Source of the DNA: Ilumatobacteraceae bacterium
Lineage (GTDB): Bacteria; Actinomycetota; Acidimicrobiia; Acidimicrobiales; Ilumatobacteraceae
Reading direction: 5' to 3'
Assembly (NCBI GenBank): GCA_963773085.1
Contig: CAVYZS010000009.1
Span: 3,743 to 67,742 of the forward strand
DNA length: 64,000 bases
Shown here: positions 28,376-37,909 of the stretch, in pieces
Layout of the letters: every line of letters starts with the position of its first letter
How positions within the stretch are numbered: position 1 is the first letter of the stretch
The notes under the pieces: model-generated
The model's database searches: none
Seen by the model: only the letters and a program-made list of their open reading frames with translations
Told to the model about the DNA's origin: nothing
Translations under genes and position numbers: made by a program

Positions 28376-28860
28376 TCGCGGGCGCGAGCCAGATCGTCGA
28401 CCACGGTCACATTGTCGAGCATCGCCAGCGTCGACGGCGGTGTCAGCACCTTGATCGCCCGACTGCCGCCGCCGAGGATGATCCGTTCGCGGGCCATCAC
28501 GGCCGCGTCGACCCAGATCGGTAGCTCGGCCGGCAGGGCGAAGACGGTCACGCCGCCGATCTCCATACCGGTCAGCTGCATCGTTTCGTCCGCCGAAGCG
28601 AACGACGCCTTGCGTACTTCGAGACGGCGCCGCACGACTCCGTTCACATCGAGCCGCGTCGATGCCAGCACGACGCAGGCCACCGGTCGCGGAGTCTCAC
28701 CCTTGCCCACCACGATGATGGTGTTGGCCGAATCGTCGGGTGAGTAGCCGTAGGCCTCGCAGAATGCGGCGGTATCAGCGAGCGCAGGGTCGCACGGAAC
28801 GATCTCGTGATCGACGTCCATGAAGCGAAGGTGGGCGACGACTTGTTCTTCGGGATTCAC
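28372..28860 (-). CDS. YbaK/EbsC-type aminoacyl-tRNA deacylase domain protein
   Basis: DTAAFCEAYGYSPDDSANTIIVVGKGE...LVACVVLASTRLDVNG...TGMEIGGVTVFALP...VDAAVMARERIILGGGSR. The GTG start at 28860 overlaps the upstream stop as GTGA. Confidence 0.7.
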   Translation of the reverse strand: MNPEEQVVAHLRFMDVDHEIVPCDPALADTAAFCEAYGYSPDDSANTIIVVGKGETPRPVACVVLASTRLDVNGVVRRRLEVRKASFASADETMQLTGMEIGGVTVFALPAELPIWVDAAVMARERIILGGGSRAIKVLTPPSTLAMLDNVTVVDDLARARE

Positions 28861-30032
28861 GACGCATGGCGTACCACGACGAACGACTCGTCCTGAAACC
28901 AGAGCCCTCCGTGCTTCAACACCACGTCGGCAGTGGCCTCGAGATACTTGCCCTCCATCAACACGTCGGCGGTGCGTTCGTCCTCGATCTGGGCAACGTA
29001 GACAGCCGCATTCCACGCCGCCATCGTGGTCGAGGTGCTGATGCGGTTGGACACCTCGTTCGGCATCGCGTGAAGGTGGTAGCTGAACAACGACGCCGCG
29101 TCACTGGTCCCTTCAAATCCAAAATCTGGTGTGGTGTCGCCGTTCAGTTGGGCGTCGAGTTCCTTGATCAACATGTGGCGCGGTGTTGCAAACGGGTCCT
29201 CCGCAGGCCAGATGCGACGGATCACCTCCATACCGGGATCGTGCCCGGTCGACTGCACGACCACCAGCCTGCCTCCCGCGGCCAGCGCCTTGGCGAGCGG
29301 CGCGAGGACGTTCTTGACCTTCGTCTCGGCCGACGTGCGGCTTCTGTACGGCTGGGCAGCCAGCACCAGGTCGTATTGGAACGGCTGAGGGCCACCGGTC
29401 GGGCGCGGGATCAAGTCGTTCAAGGCGAACGTGTGATCCTCGCGATACAGCACCATCACCGATGGGGTGACGTAGACCGGATTGCCGGTCTTGGGGCTCG
29501 CCGCCGTCTGCCAACCCAGGGTGAGGTGATCATCGAGTTCATGGATCTGCTGGAAGAACTCGTGGGCGCTGTTGCCCTTCAATGGCACGTCGATCCAGCG
29601 GATCTTGTCGTGGTGCACCGGCGACTTGGGGAACAACGTCGGTGCCTCGGCATAGAACATGTTGGTCAAGATGACCACCGATTGCGGGTGTTCGGCGAGT
29701 CGATCGGGCAGTGTCGCCAACGTCAGCCGCGTGTCTTCCATGCTGACTTCCTTGCCGACGACGAAGAACGGCACCGTCGGCATTCGGCGATGCAGGTCAC
29801 GCAGCACCTGGCTGAGGACCATTCCATTGCCGGTACCGGCGTCGAACACTCGCAAGGCGGGCGGGCGCGGGACGATGTGACCCAACTCGCGACCGATTCG
29901 GGCGGCGACCTCGGCCTTCTCGCTGGTCGTCATCACGAACAGCAGGTACTTCTCGCGGTTGTCGAAGAACCGGAACGGCTCCGAGTTCCCCGCGCCGTGA
30001 GACTTCCCCTCAACCGACTCGATGTCCGTCAT
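28857..30032 (-). CDS. Hypothetical protein with a Rossmann/SAM-methyltransferase-like motif (family not recognised)
   Basis: 391 aa: MTDIESVEGKSHGAGNSEPFRFFDNREKYLLFV...LRVFDAGTGNGMVLSQVL (DxGxGxG-like)...GGRLVVVQSTGHDPG. Non-random composition. ATG verified at 30030-30032. Confidence 0.5.
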   Translation of the reverse strand: MTDIESVEGKSHGAGNSEPFRFFDNREKYLLFVMTTSEKAEVAARIGRELGHIVPRPPALRVFDAGTGNGMVLSQVLRDLHRRMPTVPFFVVGKEVSMEDTRLTLATLPDRLAEHPQSVVILTNMFYAEAPTLFPKSPVHHDKIRWIDVPLKGNSAHEFFQQIHELDDHLTLGWQTAASPKTGNPVYVTPSVMVLYREDHTFALNDLIPRPTGGPQPFQYDLVLAAQPYRSRTSAETKVKNVLAPLAKALAAGGRLVVVQSTGHDPGMEVIRRIWPAEDPFATPRHMLIKELDAQLNGDTTPDFGFEGTSDAASLFSYHLHAMPNEVSNRISTSTTMAAWNAAVYVAQIEDERTADVLMEGKYLEATADVVLKHGGLWFQDESFVVVRHAS

Positions 30033-30114
30033 GTCAACCCCCGATCGACTCGCCGAACCGTACCCCGGCGTCGGCGGGCGCCCATCACGGTGGTTCGTGG
30101 GTGGCGAACGCTGC

Positions 30115-31710
30115 TCAGCCCTTCCGGGCGAGGTCGCCGATGATCTGTTGCGAGGCCAACTTCCCCGGCCCGCCCGACACACAACCACCGGGGTGGGTTC
30201 CCGAACCGCACTGGTAATACCGGTCGATCGGTGTGCGGTACTGGTTCCAACCCGGCGCCGGCCGGAAGAAGTACATCTGCGGCGCGAGGAACTCTCCGGC
30301 GAAGATGTTGCCCTCGCTGAGACCCACGACACGTTCGATGTCGAGCGGCGTCACGACCTCGCGATGCAGTACAAGATCCCCGAAACCGGGAAAGAACGAC
30401 TCGATCGTGGCTTGCACGTTGTCACCGAAGTTCTGTCGTTCGGTGTCCCAGTCGCTGCCTTTCAGCTCGTACGGCGCGTACTGCACGAAACACGACATCA
30501 CGTGCTTCCCGGGCGGCGCCATGTCGGGATCGACCAACGACTGCACGCAGGCGTCGATGTACGGGCGTTTGCTGTACCAGCCGTACTTGGCGTCGTCGAA
30601 GGCCCGCTCGAGGTAGTCCATCGACGGGCCGATGTTGGTGAAGCCGCGGAACTGATCGGTACGATCACCGAGCGCCGGATACCGCGGTGGGCCGTCGAGC
30701 GCGAAGTTGACCTTGGCCGACGTGCCCTGGAAGCGGAACCGACGGATGCTCTCGTTGAGCTCGCTCGGCAACTCGGCGGGATCGACCAGTTGTGTGAAGG
30801 TGCGCCGCGGATCGAGCGAGCTGACGATGACCTTGGCCTGCAGTTCGGTGCCGTCGGCAAGTGCGACACCTCGTGCCCGGCCGTCGCTGGTGATGACATG
30901 GCTGACCGGCGTGTCGACCACGATCTCGGCGCCGAGCGCCTGCGCGGCACGGGCCAGCACCTGGGTGAACCCGCCGTTGCCACCCTTGTGGAACGCCCAA
31001 GAACCGAAGTGACCGTCGTGCTCACCGAGGTTGTGGAACAGCAGCACCAGACCCGAGCCTTGCGAACGTGGGCCGACCTTGCTGCCGATCACACTCGACG
31101 ACGACAACCAACCCTTGATGATCTCGCTGTCGAAGTAGTCGTCGAGGAAATCCGCAGCGCTCCCGGTCAACAAACGGATGCAGTTCTGCAGCACGCGCGA
31201 CGGCAGCGCCTTCATCCGTTTGGCGAGCTCGGCCAACTGCAGAGCGTCGCTCGGATCGTTGCTGAACAGGTTCGGAGGCGCCGCGTCGAGGACGGGCTTC
31301 AGCGCCTGACAGACCTGGGCCATGTCGAACTCGTACTGATCCATCGCGTCGGCATCGTGCTTGGAGTGCCGGGAGATCTCCTTCAGATTGGCGTTGCGGT
31401 CCGTGCCCATCAGCAGGTAGTCGCCGTTCTCCATGGGAGCGAAGGCGCCGGGCATCTGGATCGGCATGAATCCGTGTTTGGTCAGTTCGAGCTCGTGGAT
31501 GATGTCGGGTCGGAGGAGGCTGAGGGCGTAGGAGAAGGTGGTGAAGTGGAACCCCGGTATGAGCTCCTCGGTGATGGCCGCGCCACCCACGATGTGGCGG
31601 CGCTCGATGATCAGTGTGCGGAGGCCGGACTTGGCCAGATAGGCACCGTTGACCAGGCCGTTGTGGCCGCCACCGATGACGATCGCGTCGAAGGAACGTG
31701 AGGAAGGCAT
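30115..31710 (-). CDS. Phytoene-desaturase (CrtI)-like NAD(P)/FAD-dependent oxidoreductase
   Basis: FDAIVIGGGHNGLVNGAYLAKSGLRTLIIERRHIVGGAA...YQCGSGTHPGGCVSGGPGKLAS. 531 aa, intact. Confidence 0.8.
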   Translation of the reverse strand: MPSSRSFDAIVIGGGHNGLVNGAYLAKSGLRTLIIERRHIVGGAAITEELIPGFHFTTFSYALSLLRPDIIHELELTKHGFMPIQMPGAFAPMENGDYLLMGTDRNANLKEISRHSKHDADAMDQYEFDMAQVCQALKPVLDAAPPNLFSNDPSDALQLAELAKRMKALPSRVLQNCIRLLTGSAADFLDDYFDSEIIKGWLSSSSVIGSKVGPRSQGSGLVLLFHNLGEHDGHFGSWAFHKGGNGGFTQVLARAAQALGAEIVVDTPVSHVITSDGRARGVALADGTELQAKVIVSSLDPRRTFTQLVDPAELPSELNESIRRFRFQGTSAKVNFALDGPPRYPALGDRTDQFRGFTNIGPSMDYLERAFDDAKYGWYSKRPYIDACVQSLVDPDMAPPGKHVMSCFVQYAPYELKGSDWDTERQNFGDNVQATIESFFPGFGDLVLHREVVTPLDIERVVGLSEGNIFAGEFLAPQMYFFRPAPGWNQYRTPIDRYYQCGSGTHPGGCVSGGPGKLASQQIIGDLARKG

Positions 31711-31713
31711 CGT

Positions 31714-32913
31714 TCAGGCTGTCTTTCTCGGCGGGTTGAACAGTGGTGGCCGGGCCACCACCGCGCCGACTGTGTGATAGCGGTGGTCGATCGTGATCTC
31801 CAGGTTGACCTTCGAGCCCACTGCGGCGAGATCGGGATGCACTCTGGCCATGGCGATATGGCGTTGCAGCATCGGGGAGTACATGAAGCTGGTCGTATAT
31901 CCGACGCGGCCGCCCTCGTCGTCGTACAGCATCATCTCGTACACAATCGGAGTTTCGTCCTTGGGAGGTATCAATCCGGCGTCGCCGTAATGACGATCCC
32001 AGTCCTTCCAGTCGATCACCAGGCCGACCATCCTCCATCGCGAGGACTTGTCGGCGATTTCGCGTTCCAGCGCGCCGCGACCGATGAACCGCCGGGTCGA
32101 GGTAGCCAGGTCGCGGAACATCCAGGCAAAGCCGAGTTCGATGGGTGTCGAGCAGGCGTGATCGTTGAACGCGAACCTGCTGGAGTGGAAGTCGACGCCG
32201 ATCAACACCAGGCCGGCCTCGATGCGCGTCATCAGCAGGGCGCTCTGTCCGACGGGGAGCACCCCTCGTCCGGAACATGCGGTCTGCAGTGTGTCCCACA
32301 TCTCCAACGCCCCGTCTGCGCCGACCCACAGTTCGTAACCGAGGTCGCCTGTGTAGCCCGTGCGCGACACGTGAACCGGCACGTTGCCGATCTTGGCCGG
32401 GCCGTGGTGGAAGAATCCGAGCGAGGCGATCTGCGGATCCAGCGTCGCCAAGATCTCGCGCGACCTCGGGCCCTGTACGGCGAGCGATGCATAGTCCCCG
32501 GAGACATCGGTGATCTCGACCTGGTCGTACCCGATCAGGCTTCGGAAGTAGGCCAGATTCGGTTCGGCCGAGGTGAGGATGAACTCGTCGGCGGCGAACC
32601 TGATCACCACTCCGTCTTCGACGACGTAGCCGCGCTCGTCACACCACAGCGTGTACTGCGCTTGGCCATCGCGACAGGCAGCGATGTCGCGCGCGAGCAC
32701 TGCACCCAGGAACTTGGCCGCGTCCCGGCCGCCGATTCGGTACTTGTAGAGCGGTGAGGTGTCGATCAGACCGGCCGAGTTGCGTACCGCGAAGTACTCG
32801 AACTTGTCGGACAGCTGATACTTCACAGCCGACAGGTAACCCGACCAGTGCGACCACAGATGTGTCTCGTTCAACGGGGCCAGGCGTTCGTGGAACGGCG
32901 TCGTCAGGACCAT
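31714..32913 (-). CDS. GcvT-family aminomethyltransferase (folate-dependent demethylase-like)
   Basis: TPFHERLAPLN...EYFAVRNSAGLIDTSPLYKYRIGGRDAAKFL...SRTGYTGDLGYELW...RIEAGLVLIG. Its stop lies 3 nt before the CrtI-like start. Confidence 0.8.
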   Translation of the reverse strand: MVLTTPFHERLAPLNETHLWSHWSGYLSAVKYQLSDKFEYFAVRNSAGLIDTSPLYKYRIGGRDAAKFLGAVLARDIAACRDGQAQYTLWCDERGYVVEDGVVIRFAADEFILTSAEPNLAYFRSLIGYDQVEITDVSGDYASLAVQGPRSREILATLDPQIASLGFFHHGPAKIGNVPVHVSRTGYTGDLGYELWVGADGALEMWDTLQTACSGRGVLPVGQSALLMTRIEAGLVLIGVDFHSSRFAFNDHACSTPIELGFAWMFRDLATSTRRFIGRGALEREIADKSSRWRMVGLVIDWKDWDRHYGDAGLIPPKDETPIVYEMMLYDDEGGRVGYTTSFMYSPMLQRHIAMARVHPDLAAVGSKVNLEITIDHRYHTVGAVVARPPLFNPPRKTA

Positions 32914-32968
32914 GGGACGATCGTAGACATTTGTTGGACGCACGCGCAATAACCGTTACAGTTCAAGC

Positions 32969-33604
32969 GTGACCCGCCTGAGCCCGAGCGCTCGCCGAGA
33001 AGAGATCATCGCCGCGGCGTTGCGGGTTGCGTCGACGAAAGGCTTGGCCAACACGACCGTGCGCGATGTCGCCGCCGAGATGGGAACATCGAGCGGCTTG
33101 ATCCACCACTACTTCGCGTCGATGGACGACGTGCTGGCGGCCGCGTTCGAGCAGGCTGCCGGTGAGGATTTCGCCAGTACCGAAGCGGCAATGCGGGGCT
33201 CCAGCGGCTCGGCGGATCGATTGGCCGCATTCTTCGCTTCGTACACGCGCACCGAGGCCTACAGCGCCTTCCAGATCTGGCTCGATGCCTGGGCCGAAGC
33301 CCGCCGCCGACCGGCGCTCGGGGCGACGTCGCGCCGCTTGAACGTTGCATGGCAACGGCTGATCGCCGCCACGATCGTCGACGGAATCGACGAGGGTACC
33401 TTCACCTGCGACGATCCAGATGCAACAGCCTGGCGGGTGTTGTCGTTGCTCGACGGGCTGAGCCTGCAACTGGCTGCCCACCCTGGTGTGATCGAACGCG
33501 CGGTCGTGCTCGATTGGGCGATGACGGCGCTGGAGGCCGAGGTCGGCTTACCCGTCGGTTCGCTCGAGCGGCCCGGGCAGATCCGCAACGCTGTCCGACG
33601 CTGA
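32969..33604 (+). CDS. TetR-family transcriptional regulator
   Basis: REEIIAAALRVASTKGLANTTVRDVAAEMGTSSGLIHHYFASMDDVL. GTG start. Divergent from the 26.3-32.9 kb operon. Confidence 0.85.
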   Translation: MTRLSPSARREEIIAAALRVASTKGLANTTVRDVAAEMGTSSGLIHHYFASMDDVLAAAFEQAAGEDFASTEAAMRGSSGSADRLAAFFASYTRTEAYSAFQIWLDAWAEARRRPALGATSRRLNVAWQRLIAATIVDGIDEGTFTCDDPDATAWRVLSLLDGLSLQLAAHPGVIERAVVLDWAMTALEAEVGLPVGSLERPGQIRNAVRR

Positions 33605-33611
33605 TGCCCGG

Positions 33612-34241
33612 CTACCCAACCTTCCAGGTCAGCACCCGAAGCATGATGTCGTCGCCGTCCTCGTGCAGGAGCGCCAATGGCTCGGTGACCTCGACGATCT
33701 GCCAAGTGCCGGCGTCGATCAGACTCTGCTGCTCGGTTCGGTAGCCGAGATCGTCGAAGGAGTCATCGCGGAAGGTGATGGAGACGTGCCCGCCTGACGC
33801 CGTGACACGCGCCAGTTCGGCGAAGGCCGATCCGTCGACGTGGCCGTGGGTGAACACTCCAACCGACACCACCGACCCGAACCGGCCGTCGGCGAACGGC
33901 AGGCGGTCGAGCAACGACCCCTGGTGCAGTTCGGCGTAGACACCCCGCGCCGCGCTGCGTTCCAACATTCCCGTCGACAGGTCGAAGCCAACGATCCGGG
34001 TGTGACCGATCGCCGCCAGCGAAGCCCCGACCAGACCGGTGCCGCAGCCGGCATCGAGGATCTCCGCGTCTGGCCGGGAGAAATGGCTACAACGTTCGGC
34101 ACAGGCCTGCGGCGCGCGCCAGCCGAGATCACCGAGATCGCTGTCGTAGTCGGCAGCCCACACGTCGTACCGCTCACGCAGCTGATCTGCCCCCTGCGAC
34201 GCGTAGATCCACTGCAGCCTGCTGTCGCGCTCAGTACTCAT
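33612..34241 (-). CDS. Class I SAM-dependent methyltransferase
   Basis: ILDAGCGTGLVGASLAAIGHTRIVGFDLSTGML...FGSVVSVGVFTHGH. Confidence 0.8.
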   Translation of the reverse strand: MSTERDSRLQWIYASQGADQLRERYDVWAADYDSDLGDLGWRAPQACAERCSHFSRPDAEILDAGCGTGLVGASLAAIGHTRIVGFDLSTGMLERSAARGVYAELHQGSLLDRLPFADGRFGSVVSVGVFTHGHVDGSAFAELARVTASGGHVSITFRDDSFDDLGYRTEQQSLIDAGTWQIVEVTEPLALLHEDGDDIMLRVLTWKVG

Positions 34242-35088
34242 AGAACCCGCGGCCGGCCTTGCGGCCGAGTAGTCCGGCTTCGACCATGCGCAGCAGCAGG
34301 GACGGCGGCGTGTAGAGCTGCTCCTTGAACTCGCCGTACAACGACTCGGCGACAGCCTGCACCGTATCGAGACCGATCAGGTCTGCAAGCCGTAGCGGAC
34401 CCATCGGATGGGCACATCCTTTGACCATGCCGGTGTCGATGTCGTCGGCGGTCGCGAAGCCGGACTCGAGCATCCTGATCGCGGCGAGGATGTATGGGAT
34501 CAGCAGGGCGTTGACGATGAACCCGGCGCGGTCGCGTGAACGAATCACGGTCTTGCCCAGCCGCTCGCTCGCGAACTGCTCCATGTCAGACGCCGTGTCC
34601 GGCGATGTCAGCAGTGATGTCACGAGCTCGACGAGCGGTAACACCGGCACGGGATTGAAGAAGTGGATGCCGATCACCTGCGCTTCGCGCTTGGTGGCGC
34701 GGGCCAACTTCATGATCGGGATACTCGAGGTGTTCGATGCCAGGACGGCCCCGGGCTTGCACAACGCATCGAGGCGTCCGAACACGTCGACCTTCATCGC
34801 CTCGTCCTCGGCCACCGCTTCCACCACGAGGTCGCAGTCGCCGAGCGTGTCGAGCTGGTGACCGAATGCCAATCGGCTCCATGTCGCGTCGTGGTCGGTC
34901 TCCGTCAACCGACCCGAGGTCAGGGCGCGCTTCAACGACGTGGCGACGCGGGCCATGCCCGCTTCGGCGGCGGCCGGTGAACTCTCGGTGACGACGACGT
35001 CCAACCCGGCCCTGGCGGCCACTTCAGCGATGCCGGAGCCCATCAGGCCACAGCCAACAACACCGACTCTCTCGATCACTTTCGACAC
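34231..35088 (-). CDS. 3-hydroxyacyl-CoA / 3-hydroxybutyryl-CoA dehydrogenase
   Basis: VGVVGCGLMGSGIAEVAA...SNTSSIPI...GIHFFNPVPVLPLVE...DRAGFIVNALLIPY. GTG at 35088 is preceded by GGAGGG. Confidence 0.85.
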   Translation of the reverse strand: MSKVIERVGVVGCGLMGSGIAEVAARAGLDVVVTESSPAAAEAGMARVATSLKRALTSGRLTETDHDATWSRLAFGHQLDTLGDCDLVVEAVAEDEAMKVDVFGRLDALCKPGAVLASNTSSIPIMKLARATKREAQVIGIHFFNPVPVLPLVELVTSLLTSPDTASDMEQFASERLGKTVIRSRDRAGFIVNALLIPYILAAIRMLESGFATADDIDTGMVKGCAHPMGPLRLADLIGLDTVQAVAESLYGEFKEQLYTPPSLLLRMVEAGLLGRKAGRGFYEY

Positions 35089-35160
35089 AGTGCTCCCTCC
35101 GTTGACTTGATAACTGCGAATCTTGCCAGACCGCGCCGAACCACACCCCAACCCCTCGGG

Positions 35161-36216
35161 TCAGTTCAGAGTGACAGTGATCTCGGTGGCCTTCACGGCA
35201 GCCCAGAGCTCGCGACCGACCTTGATACCCAACGCCTCGGCCGCGGCGGCGGTGATCTCCGCCGTCAGCTGGATCGACCCCTGCAATCGCACTCGAACAC
35301 GTTCACCGCGATGATCGACGTCGATGACCGTCGCCCGCCACGTGTTACGCGGGCTACCTTCCGGTCGAGTCGCATGCAACGACACGGCTTGCGGTCGGAT
35401 CACTGCAATCGCCGGGCCGTCGACATCCTCGGCGGCCACGACCAACATGGCGCCGCCGTCGACCGCGAACACCCCGCCCATCATCGATCCGGTCAACAGA
35501 TTGACCCCGGCGAGCTCGGCGACGTAGGCGGATCGTGGGTGTGCCGCAATTTCGACGAAGGCTCCGTCCTGCACGACGTGACCGTGTTCGACGATCACCA
35601 CCCGATCGGCCAATGTGAACGCGTCGACCGGATCGTGGGTCACGAGCACCGCAGAACCCCTGAAGTCCGTCAAATGCCGACTCAACTCACGGCGAACCTC
35701 GACCTTGGTGGTGGCATCGAGGGCGGCCAACGGTTCATCGAGCAGGAGCAGCTTCGGATCGGAAGCAAGGGCACGCGCCAAGGCGACCCGCTGGGCCTGG
35801 CCGCCGGAGAGCTGGTCGGGGTGTGAACCCTCGACACCGTCGCTTCCCACCCTGCCGAGCCACATCCGCGCCTTCTCGCGCGCTGCCACCTTGTCGACTC
35901 CTCTCGCTCTCAGACCAAAGGCCACGTTCTCGAGCACGGTCATATGAGGAAAGAGGAGGTACTGCTGAAACATCATGCCGCAGGCACGCTGCTCCGACGG
36001 CACGAACACACCGGCCGACGGATCGTCGACAACCTGGCCGCGAATTGCGATCGAGCCCCGTTCGATCGCCAAGAGACCGGCGATGCATCGCAAGATGGTC
36101 GTCTTGCCTGCACCGTTCGGGCCGAGCAGCGCGACCACCTCCCCAGGGATCGTGTTGAGCCACACGTCGAGGTTCAGCGAACCGCGGGCGACCACGATGT
36201 GGGCGCGCAACGTCAC
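35161..36216 (-). CDS. modC: Molybdate-type ABC transporter ATP-binding protein with C-terminal TOBE domain
   Basis: LLGPNGAGKTT (Walker A), LSGGQAQRVALARAL, LLLLDEP. The C-terminal RNTWRATVIDVDHRGERVRVRLQGSIQLTAEIT is TOBE-like. GTGA overlap with modB. Confidence 0.75.
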   Translation of the reverse strand: MTLRAHIVVARGSLNLDVWLNTIPGEVVALLGPNGAGKTTILRCIAGLLAIERGSIAIRGQVVDDPSAGVFVPSEQRACGMMFQQYLLFPHMTVLENVAFGLRARGVDKVAAREKARMWLGRVGSDGVEGSHPDQLSGGQAQRVALARALASDPKLLLLDEPLAALDATTKVEVRRELSRHLTDFRGSAVLVTHDPVDAFTLADRVVIVEHGHVVQDGAFVEIAAHPRSAYVAELAGVNLLTGSMMGGVFAVDGGAMLVVAAEDVDGPAIAVIRPQAVSLHATRPEGSPRNTWRATVIDVDHRGERVRVRLQGSIQLTAEITAAAAEALGIKVGRELWAAVKATEITVTLN

Positions 36217-37031
36217 GTGGCCTGCTCTCCCCCACCCAACCACCTGTCGCGCAGGGCGACGAGCACGGCGAAGGAGACCGCGACCATCAGCAGAGCGAGC
36301 ACGATGGCCTCATCAGGGTCCGTGTCGAGGGCGAGGTACACCGAGAGCGGCAACGTCTGCGTCCTACCCGGAAAGCTGCCGGCGAACGTGATCGTCGCGC
36401 CGAATTCCCCGAACGCTCGCGCCCACGACAGCACCGCACCGGCGATCAGAGCGGGGCGGATGGCCGGCAGCGTGACACGCCTGAACGAGTACCACGTGCC
36501 GGCGCCGAGGGTGCGAGCGGCTTCGTCATGGCCGGCGTCAGCCTGTCGCAGCGCTGCCTCGACCGTGACGATGAAGAAGGGCATGGCGACGAACGTCTGG
36601 GCGATCACCACAGCCGCCGACGTGAACGGGAGATGCACGCCGAACCAACGATCGAGCCACTGACCCGCCAGCCCACGACGACCGAGCGCATACAACAGGG
36701 CCACGCCTCCGACCACCGGTGGAAGCACCATCGACAGGGTGCACAGCGCCCGCACAACCGATCGACCGACGAAGCGACGCCGAGCGAGCAACCAGGCCAG
36801 TGGAAGTCCGAGCAGCACCGACAGGGCCGTCGCGCACACGCTGCACACCACGGACAACTGCAGTGCCTGACGAACGGACGGGCTGCGCAGGATCGTCAAC
36901 ACCTCGCCCCATGGCGCCCTGCTCAGCAGCCCGATCAGTGGAAGGGCGAAGAACGCAATGGCCAGCACCGCCAGCGCCAGGGCGGGCCACGGTAGCGAGC
37001 GCTCGATGCGGCGGGTCGTTCTAGTCGGCAT
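36213..37031 (-). CDS. modB: Molybdate/sulfate-type ABC transporter permease
   Basis: EAARTLGAGTWYSFRRVTLPAIRPALIAGAVLSWARAFGEFGATITFAG is the EAA loop. ATG at 37029-37031 overlaps the upstream gene by 11 nt. Confidence 0.75.
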   Translation of the reverse strand: MPTRTTRRIERSLPWPALALAVLAIAFFALPLIGLLSRAPWGEVLTILRSPSVRQALQLSVVCSVCATALSVLLGLPLAWLLARRRFVGRSVVRALCTLSMVLPPVVGGVALLYALGRRGLAGQWLDRWFGVHLPFTSAAVVIAQTFVAMPFFIVTVEAALRQADAGHDEAARTLGAGTWYSFRRVTLPAIRPALIAGAVLSWARAFGEFGATITFAGSFPGRTQTLPLSVYLALDTDPDEAIVLALLMVAVSFAVLVALRDRWLGGGEQAT

Positions 37032-37821
37032 CGGGGCCGGACCAGGTGAACCGGGCGGCACGCTTCTCGACGAAGGCGGCAATGCCTTCGGCACTGTCGG
37101 ACGCCCCGGCGGCGACGTTGTTCCAATAGCTCTGCACAGCCTGAGGAACCTGACCGTGAGCCACGACCGCTGCAACCATCGACTTGGTCGCCGCCTGGGT
37201 CAACAGCGAGCGGGCGGCGAGCACGCCGGTCAACGTAGCAAGTCGCCGATCACCATCGGCGGCATCGACGATCTCATCGACCAACCCGATGTGTCGTGCG
37301 CCGGCGGCCGAGATCAGGTCTCCGGTGAAGAGCATTCGCTTCGTCACGGCGGGACCGAGCAGATGCGTTGCCCGCTCGAGCGATGCACTGGGGTACACAA
37401 TGCCGAGCTTGGACGGCGTGATCCCGAACCGGGAGTCATCGGTGGCGATGCGCAGATCGCAGTCGATGGCGAGCGCGCACCCGCCGCCGATGCAGTCTCC
37501 GGAGATGAAGGCCACGGTCGGTTTCGGCAAACCGGCCAACGCCGTCTCGGCAGCGAGGTTGACCTCCGAGAACGAGCGCTCGCCAGCACGGCGGGGACCG
37601 TTGAGCTCGGTGATGTCCGCGCCGGCGCAGAAATGCTCGCCGGCGCCGCGCAGCACCACGACCCGGACCTCAGGATCGGCACCGAGTTGCAGTGCGAGTT
37701 CCTCGAGAGTCACCCACATCGCGTAGCTCATCGCATTGCGCTTGCCGGGTCGGTTGAGCCAGACGGTGGCGATCGCACCATCGCGGGTCAGTCGGATCAA
37801 CTCGTCGGATTCCATGGTCAT
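37021..37821 (-). CDS. Enoyl-CoA hydratase/isomerase (crotonase) family protein
   Basis: IATVWLNRPGKRNAMS...VVVLRGAGEHFCAGADI...FISGDCIGGGCALAIDCDLRIA. Confidence 0.8.
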   Translation of the reverse strand: MTMESDELIRLTRDGAIATVWLNRPGKRNAMSYAMWVTLEELALQLGADPEVRVVVLRGAGEHFCAGADITELNGPRRAGERSFSEVNLAAETALAGLPKPTVAFISGDCIGGGCALAIDCDLRIATDDSRFGITPSKLGIVYPSASLERATHLLGPAVTKRMLFTGDLISAAGARHIGLVDEIVDAADGDRRLATLTGVLAARSLLTQAATKSMVAAVVAHGQVPQAVQSYWNNVAAGASDSAEGIAAFVEKRAARFTWSGPDAD

Positions 37822-37909
37822 CGCCGAACAGTGTGGCCCAACCAGCGCCCAATCCGCCGGTACCGTATGGTTCCGACGGGGAGGGCGAGTGAATCCGGCG
37901 AGGTGATCG

